A stretch of 64,000 nucleotides of DNA, taken from the NCBI GenBank assembly GCA_964418595.1, contig CAYQMF010000014.1, forward strand, positions 6,775-70,774, given 5' to 3'. Both the position numbers and the translations under genes were made by a program. The stretch comes from an uncultured candidatus Brocadiaceae bacterium. GTDB taxonomy: Bacteria > Planctomycetota > UBA1135 > UBA2386. Of this stretch, positions 19,110-26,876 are shown piece after piece. Positions within the stretch are counted from its first letter, which is position 1, and every line of letters starts with the position of its first letter. The notes beneath the pieces are model-generated. The model was not told the DNA's origin. It made no database searches and saw only the letters and a list, made by a program, of their open reading frames with translations.

Positions 19110-19871
19110 ATGAACCCGACCCGCCTCGCCCTTCCCCTCACCGCTCTCCTCGCCGCCTCGACCTTCGTCCCCGCCCCCGACGACAACGCCCTGCCGAAGG
19201 CGTGGATCACCGGCGCCGGGTGGACGACGCTCGGCCTCGCGGACTTCGAGAACGTCAACGGCACGCCCGAGACCTGGACCGAGCGTGACGGCGTGATCGT
19301 GTGCACCGGCAAGCCGCTGGGTAGCGCGCGCACGAAACGCACCTACCGCAACTTCGAGATGGTGCTCGAGTGGAAGCACCACACGCACGGCGGCAACTCC
19401 GGCGTGTTCGTGTGGTGCCCGGAGACGGCCTTCACCGACCTGCCCCCCGGCCAACTGCCCCGCAGCGGCATCGAGGTGCAGGTGCTCGACCTCGGCTACG
19501 AGGAGAACTGGGAGAAGAGCAAGGGCGCGCCGTCGGACTGGTTCACGAGCCACGGCGACGTGTTCCCCGTCGGCGCGGCGAAGATGACCGCGTTCACGCC
19601 GACCATCCGCTACGCGAAGGCCGACGGCACGGAGTACACGGTCGGCAAGCCGGACAGCGCCCGCAGCTTCCCGACCGCGCGCCGCACGCGCGCCGCGGGC
19701 GAATGGAACCACTACTACATCCGCGCCATCAACGGCGAGGTGCGCTTGTGGGTGAACGGCGAGGAAGTGAACGGTGGCCGGCAGTGCACTCCGAGCGAGG
19801 GTTACCTCGCGCTCGAGGCCGAAGGTGCGCTCGTCGAGTTCCGCAACCTTCGCCTGCGCGAGCTGCCGTAG
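19110..19871 (+). CDS. DUF1080 (3-keto-disaccharide hydrolase-like) secreted protein
   Basis: Signal peptide; W..RDGVIVC.G, YRNFEMVLEWK, GNSGVFV, IEVQVLD, GEWNHY, GYLALEAEG..VEFRNLRLREL. Confidence 0.9.
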   Translation: MNPTRLALPLTALLAASTFVPAPDDNALPKAWITGAGWTTLGLADFENVNGTPETWTERDGVIVCTGKPLGSARTKRTYRNFEMVLEWKHHTHGGNSGVFVWCPETAFTDLPPGQLPRSGIEVQVLDLGYEENWEKSKGAPSDWFTSHGDVFPVGAAKMTAFTPTIRYAKADGTEYTVGKPDSARSFPTARRTRAAGEWNHYYIRAINGEVRLWVNGEEVNGGRQCTPSEGYLALEAEGALVEFRNLRLRELP

Positions 19872-19898
19872 AGCACGAAGTCCGAGCGTGCGCGGACT

Positions 19899-20519
19899 TC
19901 AGCACCCGTGCGCGCGCAACAGCCGCGCGCGCGTGGCCGCGTCGGGCGCGCCGGTCACCGGCAGGCCGTGGTCGCACTGGAACTCCTCGAGCGCAGCCCG
20001 TAGGCGCGCGGCGTCGGCGTCGATCTGGTAGCCGAGGTTGACGAGGCGGGCCCGCCACCCGGTGTCGGCGTGCACGGGATCGAGGTGGCCGATGCGGAGC
20101 GGGAAGACGAGCCCGAGGTCGGGGACGGCAAGCGTAGCGTCCTGCGCGTCGGCGGGGAGATCGCACGACACGAGGCCGTCGCGGTCGCTCCGCACATCGC
20201 GACGAAGCGCACCGACCCGCACCTCGCACGCGCAGTCGGCCAGCGGCATGCCATCGAAGTCGCGCAGGACGACGCGGAGCTGCAGGGGTCGACGCCCCAA
20301 CCGGAAGCGGTGCGTCGCCGTCGTCGCGCAGGCGACTCCCTTCTCCCGCTTGTCGGGGATCACGATCGAATCGCCCGGCAGCAGCACGTTGGGGTTGTCG
20401 CGCAGACGGCGAAGCTCGGCGTTGCGCGGATGCTCCCAGATCGTCCGGTAGTCGCCGTAGCCGTAGCGGTGGGCGATGCCGGCGAGGTGCTCGCCCTGCT
20501 GCACGACGTGGCGGACCAT
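19899..20519 (-). CDS. LysM-like plus peptidoglycan-binding domain protein
   Basis: HVVQQGEHLAGIAHRYG...TIWEHPRNAEL..LRDNPNVLLPGD; C-terminal ARLVNLGY...ALEEFQCDHGLPVTG..D..TRARL. Confidence 0.8.
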   Translation of the reverse strand: MVRHVVQQGEHLAGIAHRYGYGDYRTIWEHPRNAELRRLRDNPNVLLPGDSIVIPDKREKGVACATTATHRFRLGRRPLQLRVVLRDFDGMPLADCACEVRVGALRRDVRSDRDGLVSCDLPADAQDATLAVPDLGLVFPLRIGHLDPVHADTGWRARLVNLGYQIDADAARLRAALEEFQCDHGLPVTGAPDAATRARLLRAHGC

Positions 20520-20521
20520 GG

Positions 20522-21115
20522 CTACGCCGCCCTCCACTCGGGCCCGTCGCGATCGGGGAAGGTGATCTCGCAGCGACCGGGGTCGATCCCGTCGACGCGC
20601 AGGCGACCCTCGTCGTCGAGGGTCTCGATCCGCTCCGACCCGTCGGGCAGGCGCAGGAGGCAGCGCTCGCGCGCGATGGGATGGTCGTCCGCGTCGACGA
20701 GCACGATCTCGATCCAGGTCTTCTTGGGGGTGAGCGCGCGTGGCTTCTGCGGCGACGGCGGCGGGGCAGGGGTCGGGCGCTCGGCGCGCGACGCACCGGT
20801 GGCCGGAGCCCCGCCGGACCGCCCGGGGGCCGCCGGCATGGGGCACATCGCGACGAGGCGCGCCCGCCGGAAGGCATGCTGCAGCGCCTCGATCACCCAG
20901 CGCCGCACCTCGGGCTCGACGACGCCCGACGCAGGGATCGGCTGGGCGCTCACCGCTTCGAACATCTGCAGCACGCTCCCGCGCGTGACCGGATCGCCGA
21001 GCCACGCCGCGAGCTGGGCCTCGGACAGCGATACCGACCCCGTCGCACCCGTCCCGCCGTCGCGGACCGTCACCACACCACCACTGACCACCGGCATCGT
21101 CCAGGTTCGGAACAT
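20522..21115 (-). CDS. Hypothetical protein with C-terminal beta-rich domain of the kind appended to VgrG/T6SS-associated proteins
   Basis: Pro-rich linker then TWIEIVLVDADDHPIARERCLLRLPDGS...TLDDEGRLRVDGIDPGRCEITFPD; GAGG SD before ATG 21115. Confidence 0.6.
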   Translation of the reverse strand: MFRTWTMPVVSGGVVTVRDGGTGATGSVSLSEAQLAAWLGDPVTRGSVLQMFEAVSAQPIPASGVVEPEVRRWVIEALQHAFRRARLVAMCPMPAAPGRSGGAPATGASRAERPTPAPPPSPQKPRALTPKKTWIEIVLVDADDHPIARERCLLRLPDGSERIETLDDEGRLRVDGIDPGRCEITFPDRDGPEWRAA

Positions 21116-21330
21116 GACATCCTCTGGGCCCGCGGCCCGCTCAGTCCGGTCGGCGGAAGGGTCGCCGACGCGGCCGGGGGAGGAGGGGCAGGCACCGCCG
21201 TTTCCGAACGCGGTGAACCGGTTTTTCTTGGGGCACGGGTCGCCCACCCCATGGCACCGGGTGGTGCGACGCCGCCGGGCGGGCCGAGCGGGGTAGATTG
21301 CGCGCGCCGCAGGACCGCCGCGTTCTCGCC

Positions 21331-23814
21331 ATGACCGAGCCCGAAGACCCGGACCTCGATGCCTTCGCCAACGCGCTGCAGGCGCAGTGGCAGGCGGCCG
21401 ATGGCCTCGCCGCGCCGCGGCGGATCGGCCGCTACCGGTTGGAGCGCGAGCTGGGTCGGGGCGGCCAGGGCGCCGTGTTCCTCGCCGAGGACGAACACCT
21501 GCACCGCCGCGTCGCCCTCAAGCTGCTCACCGCGCTGCACCTGTCCTCGCCCGACGTGCTGGCGCGCTTCCGGCGCGAGGCGCAGCTCGCGTCCAAGCTG
21601 GATCACCCGGGGCTCTGCACCGTGTTCGACTCCGGAGTACACCGCGGCACGCCGTTCATCGCCATGCGCTACGTGCAGGGCGAGACCCTGGAGCGCCGGA
21701 TCGCGCTGGCGCGGGAGGCGGGGCAGACGTGCGTGTCGATCGAAGCGGAACCATCGGCGACGGCCGGCGACCGGTCCTCGCGCGACCGCGTGTCCCGCGT
21801 GCTGGAGCTGATCGAGAAGGTAGCCCGCGCGATGCACGTGGCGCACGGTGCCGGCGTCGTACACCGCGACCTCAAGCCGAGCAACGTGGTGATCACCGCC
21901 GAAGGCCAACCGGTCGTGCTCGACTTCGGCATCGCCGGTGACCTCGAGGGTGAGTTCGACACGCTCACCCGCACGGGCGACGTGTTCGGCACGCCGGCGT
22001 ACATGGCGGTCGAGCAGGTGCGTGGCACGCCGGGCGCAGTCGACGCGCGCAGCGACGTGTGGGCGCTGGGCGTGATGCTCTACGAGTGCGTGACGTTGAC
22101 GCGCCCGTTCACGGGCGCGACGCGGGAGGCGCTGTTCTCGGCGATCAAGGACACGGATCCTCCCGATCCGCGCACGCGCGCACCGGGGCTGCCCGAGGAT
22201 CTGGGCGTGGTCCTCGCCACCGCCCTGGAGAAGGACCCGCGCCGGCGCTACGCGACGGCGCTCGACTTCGCCGAGGACCTGCGCGCGGTGCGCGTGCTCG
22301 AGCCGATCCGCGCCCGTCCCGCCGGACCCTGGATCCGCACGCGTCGTTGGGCGCAGCGCAACCGCGCCCTCGCGGCGGTGGTCGTCACCGTGTTCACGCT
22401 GCTGGTCGCGGGTCTCGCCTGGACGGTGCACCTGCTCGGGATCACGGCGCGGGAACGCGATGAGAAGACCACCGCCCTCGAGGAGGTGGCGCGCCTCGCG
22501 GGTCTCAAGCACGTGCGCGACCTCGCAGCATGGGACGACCGGCTGTGGCCGCCGTGGCCGGAGCTGGTGCCGGGTCCTGGCGGCATGGACGCCTGGCTGC
22601 GCCGCGCGCGCGCCCTGCACGACCGGCTGCCGGAGCACGAACAGTCGAGGCGTGACCTGCAGTCGCGGACCGCGGCGCACGAAGCCACCGGCTCGGCGGG
22701 GATCCTCACCGACGACCTCGCCGCGTTCCGCGACGAAGCCTTGCGCGAACTGATCGATGCGCTCCGGGCCCTTCCCACGCGCATCGATGCGGTCGAAGCG
22801 CGGCGTCGGCAGGCGCTGGCCGTCGAGGGGACCACCCTCGTCGACGCGGCGGCGGCGTGGGAGACGGCGCGCGCCGCGGTCGCCGCGGAACCACGCTATC
22901 GCGGTGTCGCGCTGGCACCCATGCGCGGGCTCGTGCCCCTGGGTAGCGATCCGCGCTCGGGCCTCCAGGAGTTCGCGCACGTGCAGAGCGGGCGGCCGCC
23001 GGCGCGGCTGGCGAGCGGCAGCCTCGAACTCGCCGAGGACACCGCGATCGTGCTCGTGCTTGTCCCGGGCGGAACCTTCGTGATGGGCGCGAGCCGGGAT
23101 CCGGAGCATCCGCGGTACGACCCCTTCGCCAGCGAAGACGAGGGCCCGCCGCACCCGGTGACGCTCGCACCCTTCCTGATCGCCAAGCACGAGACGACGC
23201 AGGCGCAGTGGATGCGCGTGATGGGCGCCAACCCGAGCGGCCTGCCCATGGGCAAGACCGAGCGCGGCACGACCTACACGGGTCTGCACCCCGTCGAGCA
23301 GGTGAGCTGGCGCGATGCGATGGAGGCCGCCCGCCGCATGGACCTTGCGCTCCCCACCGAAGCCCAGTGGGAGTACGCCTGCCGCGCCGGGACGCAGACC
23401 TGGTTCTCGACTGGCGATGACGTGGCCACCCTGCGGGGACACGCCAACGTCCTCGACGCCGGCTCCGGCAAGATCGCGCCCGGTGGCCGCGAGCCGGAGC
23501 CCGGCTTCGACGACGGCTTCGTGTACCACGCACCGGTGGGACGGTTCGCCGCCAACGGCTTCGGCCTGCACGACATGCACGGCAACGTCTGGGAGATGTG
23601 CGGGGACTACTACGCCAAGGACTACCGCACTCCGGTTCGTCCCGGCGATGGCCTGCGTCTCGTGCCCGACGGGCAGCGCGCCGAGATCGCGGTGCGCAGC
23701 AGCTCGTTCGACTTCGGCGCGCGCCTGGCACGGTGTGCGCTGCGCAACAACAGCATGCCCGACTACCGCTACTACTCGCAGGGCCTCCGCCTGGCGCGCG
23801 GGCTCGATCGGTAG
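21331..23814 (+). CDS. Ser/Thr protein kinase with TM segment and C-terminal FGE-sulfatase (SUMF1) domain
   Basis: GRGGQG, VALK, HRDLKPSN, DFG, GTPAYM, DVWALG; LPTEAQWEYACRAG, GLHDMHGNVWE. Confidence 0.93.
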   Translation: MTEPEDPDLDAFANALQAQWQAADGLAAPRRIGRYRLERELGRGGQGAVFLAEDEHLHRRVALKLLTALHLSSPDVLARFRREAQLASKLDHPGLCTVFDSGVHRGTPFIAMRYVQGETLERRIALAREAGQTCVSIEAEPSATAGDRSSRDRVSRVLELIEKVARAMHVAHGAGVVHRDLKPSNVVITAEGQPVVLDFGIAGDLEGEFDTLTRTGDVFGTPAYMAVEQVRGTPGAVDARSDVWALGVMLYECVTLTRPFTGATREALFSAIKDTDPPDPRTRAPGLPEDLGVVLATALEKDPRRRYATALDFAEDLRAVRVLEPIRARPAGPWIRTRRWAQRNRALAAVVVTVFTLLVAGLAWTVHLLGITARERDEKTTALEEVARLAGLKHVRDLAAWDDRLWPPWPELVPGPGGMDAWLRRARALHDRLPEHEQSRRDLQSRTAAHEATGSAGILTDDLAAFRDEALRELIDALRALPTRIDAVEARRRQALAVEGTTLVDAAAAWETARAAVAAEPRYRGVALAPMRGLVPLGSDPRSGLQEFAHVQSGRPPARLASGSLELAEDTAIVLVLVPGGTFVMGASRDPEHPRYDPFASEDEGPPHPVTLAPFLIAKHETTQAQWMRVMGANPSGLPMGKTERGTTYTGLHPVEQVSWRDAMEAARRMDLALPTEAQWEYACRAGTQTWFSTGDDVATLRGHANVLDAGSGKIAPGGREPEPGFDDGFVYHAPVGRFAANGFGLHDMHGNVWEMCGDYYAKDYRTPVRPGDGLRLVPDGQRAEIAVRSSSFDFGARLARCALRNNSMPDYRYYSQGLRLARGLDR

Positions 23815-23887
23815 AATCCCGATCCGACTGCCACGCCGGCGTCGCGACGTGCGCCGTTCGACCCGTCCACCAACCCGGAGTCCGACG

Positions 23888-26230
23888 ATGTCAGCTCGTG
23901 CCCTTCCCGTCGTGGTCACCCTCCTCGTGACCACGGTTCTCGCCGCCCAGTCCCGTCCGTCCTCGCGGCCGCGACCCCGCGCCGTGCCCGCTGGCGCCGC
24001 TGTGGCCACCGCGCCGGCGACGCCCGCGAGCGCCGTCGATCAGGCCTTCCGGACGCCGATCCACACCAGCGCCGGTGACTACGGCACGTGGGCGTCGGGC
24101 GCAGACCACAAGGTCTCCTTCCACGACGGCTTCGCGTTCTACCCCTACCTGGGACCGGACTACCAGGACAACCTCCCGCTGCGCTGGGCCCGGACCTCGC
24201 TGCGCGTGGGCGATGCGCCTGCACTGCCGGCGACCGCGCCGCGGCACCGCCACACCGACTGGCGGTACGAGTACGACCACGGTGGGTTCGTGGAGGCCTA
24301 CGACATCCGGCCCGACGGCGTGGAGCAGTCCTTCGTGCTCGCGACGCGGCCGCCGGGGAAGGGAGACATCGTGATCCGCGGCGAGATCGACACGCCGCTG
24401 CGAGCGACACCGGCCGCCGCCGCCCTGCAGGAACTCGTGTTCTGCGGGCCGCAGGGTGAAGCGCTGGTGCGCTACGGCAAGGCGATCGCCATCGACGGCG
24501 CGGGTCGCAGCACGCCGGTGACCAGCCGCTTCGACGGGCGGGCGATCGAACTCGTCGTGCCACGCGCGTTCCTCGACGCTGCCGCGTGGCCGGTCGTGAT
24601 CGATCCCCTCATCCGCCGGGAGCTGATCTCGTACACCACCACCGCGCGGCCCGTGGTGACCACCGACGTGGGTCGCGACGCGACCGGCGCTGCGTACAGC
24701 GTGCTCGTGAGCTACGGTCGCGAGTTCACCGGCGGCGACTCCGACGGCTACGCGCGCATGACGCTCGACGACATGACCGGGACCACCGGCGTGTTCACCG
24801 ACGTGACCGCGGCCTGGAGCACGTTGTACCTGCGCAACGCGTTCGTGAGCGAACGGGGCATGTGGGTGATCGCGATGGACCACCTCGGCGGCACCGATCC
24901 CGGCGTGTTCGTGCACGTACACCGGAGCGGCGACCTCACGCCGTCGACCACGATGACCAAGGTGCCCTCCACGACGAGCCGGGCGAGCAAGCCGGACGTC
25001 GGCGGCACGTTGGCGGGCACGTTCGGTCGCCAGGCATTGGTCGTGTACGAGCTGGAGGTCGCCACGGCCACCGCGGAAGTCGAGGCGTTCCTCGTCGATC
25101 CGATGGACGGGATCGCCGCGCCGGTGATGACCGGTCCGCTCCCGGTCGCGCACATCCCGGTCGGAACGCTGGGCGTGGACCGCAGGTGGCCGGTCGTGAC
25201 GCAGATCTCGAGCGGCAACGGGACGTCGTGGATCGTGGGCTGGCAGCAGTACGGCCCTGGCGCCGGCGACGACTGGGACATCCGCGTGTCGCGCATCACG
25301 GCAGCGGGCGTCCTTGCAGGCGAGACGGAGGTCGGCCGACAGCTCGATGCCTACCACTGCCTGCACCCGCAGATCTGCGGCGGCTTCGAACGCTTCCTCG
25401 TCTCGTACACGGTGCGGCCCAACACCGGCGTGAAGTACCCCTACATCGACGGCCCGGAGCTCGAGGTCGAGCGCTTCGACTGGCCGGAGACCGCCGTGCT
25501 GCCCACGCGCATCCAGAACACCGTGGTCGCGGTCGCGCCGGTCGGCGAGACGATCTTCAACTGCGATGTCGGCTTCGACACGAACTCGTGGTCGCACTGG
25601 TGCTGCATCTACTCCGTGGGTCGGTTCGGCGGCCCCTACGTGTTGCGTGCCCTGCGCACCGGGCACCACGGCTGCCCGGTCGACGCGGTGCTGGTCAGCG
25701 ACGTGCGCCCGGCGAGTTCCTACGGCGGCTCGTGCGTGTTCGACGCCCGCAGCGACGACTTCAAGCTCACCTGGGCGACGCTCGAACTCTCGCCGTACCC
25801 GACTCCCGTCTACGGCGACCAGTACGACTGGGACCCGACCATGGGCAACTCCAGCTACGGCGGCTCGTGCAGCACCGCGCGGCTGCTCGGTTGGGCACCC
25901 AAGGCCGGCAACGAGTACTACGGCATGGCGATGGAAGACCGGCTGGCCGCCAACCGGGCCTGCGTCCTGTTCATCACCGGCGGCAGCATCCCGCCGTTGC
26001 CGCTCGGGTTCCTCGGGATGGCCCCGTGTTCCCTCAACGTCGACCTGCGCATCCTCATCCAGGCCTTCCCCCGCCTCGATACCACCGGCTACGCCGAGGT
26101 CATGTTCCCGCTGCCGGATTGCCCGGCGCTGTTCGGCAACCTGTACTTCCAGTGGGCCTATTCCGACCTCGGCGCCCCGTGGGCCACGAAGCTGCGCGCG
26201 ACGGCCGGCATCGAGTCGCGCATCCGCTGA
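23888..26230 (+). CDS. Large secreted hypothetical protein
   Basis: Signal peptide ending LAAQ; clean GC3 codon pattern; TAGAAT -10 overlaps the kinase stop at 23812-23817. Confidence 0.75.
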   Translation: MSARALPVVVTLLVTTVLAAQSRPSSRPRPRAVPAGAAVATAPATPASAVDQAFRTPIHTSAGDYGTWASGADHKVSFHDGFAFYPYLGPDYQDNLPLRWARTSLRVGDAPALPATAPRHRHTDWRYEYDHGGFVEAYDIRPDGVEQSFVLATRPPGKGDIVIRGEIDTPLRATPAAAALQELVFCGPQGEALVRYGKAIAIDGAGRSTPVTSRFDGRAIELVVPRAFLDAAAWPVVIDPLIRRELISYTTTARPVVTTDVGRDATGAAYSVLVSYGREFTGGDSDGYARMTLDDMTGTTGVFTDVTAAWSTLYLRNAFVSERGMWVIAMDHLGGTDPGVFVHVHRSGDLTPSTTMTKVPSTTSRASKPDVGGTLAGTFGRQALVVYELEVATATAEVEAFLVDPMDGIAAPVMTGPLPVAHIPVGTLGVDRRWPVVTQISSGNGTSWIVGWQQYGPGAGDDWDIRVSRITAAGVLAGETEVGRQLDAYHCLHPQICGGFERFLVSYTVRPNTGVKYPYIDGPELEVERFDWPETAVLPTRIQNTVVAVAPVGETIFNCDVGFDTNSWSHWCCIYSVGRFGGPYVLRALRTGHHGCPVDAVLVSDVRPASSYGGSCVFDARSDDFKLTWATLELSPYPTPVYGDQYDWDPTMGNSSYGGSCSTARLLGWAPKAGNEYYGMAMEDRLAANRACVLFITGGSIPPLPLGFLGMAPCSLNVDLRILIQAFPRLDTTGYAEVMFPLPDCPALFGNLYFQWAYSDLGAPWATKLRATAGIESRIR

Positions 26231-26234
26231 GGCG

Positions 26235-26819
26235 ATGGAGGACTTCGCCCAGACGACAATGATGGTGCGCGCAGCGCAGGGCGGCGACCGCGACGCGCTC
26301 GAGAGGCTGTTCGCGCGCTACCTGCCGCGCGTGCGCCGCATCGTCGCCGCGCGCATGGGCCGCAGCCTGCGCGATCTGGCCGCCGAGGACGACCTCGTGC
26401 AGGAGAGCCTGCTCGACGCGTTCCGGGCGATCTCGGCCCAGAGCCTGACGAGCGAGGGGTCCTTCCGCCACTGGCTCGCGCGCTGCGTGGAGAACAACGT
26501 GCGGGACGGCCGGCGGCGCGCGAGCGTCGTGGATCGGGTGCACGGCTTCGGCAAAGGCGGCGCCACCGACGCGGTCGCCAGCGCGGCGGCGCCAGGACCG
26601 ACGCCGGGTGAGGACCTGGCCGGACGCGAGCTCGATCCGCGCCTGGAGCGCGGGTTGCTCGCCCTGCGTCCGGAGCACCGCGAGGTCGTCGTGCTGCGGT
26701 TGCTGTGCGAGATGACCTTCGCCGAGGTCGCCGCCACGATGGGGCACCCAAACGCCGACACCGCGCGGAGCTGGTTCGCCCGGGCCATGCGTCGGCTGCG
26801 CGCTGCACTCGAGGCGTAG
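26235..26819 (+). CDS. ECF-type RNA polymerase sigma-70 factor
   Basis: AQGGDRDALERLFARY, DDLVQE, SFRHWL, region 4 REVVVLRLLCEMTFAEVAATMG. Confidence 0.92.
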   Translation: MEDFAQTTMMVRAAQGGDRDALERLFARYLPRVRRIVAARMGRSLRDLAAEDDLVQESLLDAFRAISAQSLTSEGSFRHWLARCVENNVRDGRRRASVVDRVHGFGKGGATDAVASAAAPGPTPGEDLAGRELDPRLERGLLALRPEHREVVVLRLLCEMTFAEVAATMGHPNADTARSWFARAMRRLRAALEA

Positions 26820-26876
26820 ATCACCGCGCCGCCGGCCTCGCGCCAGTCGGTGCATCTCCGCATACTCTGACGCACC

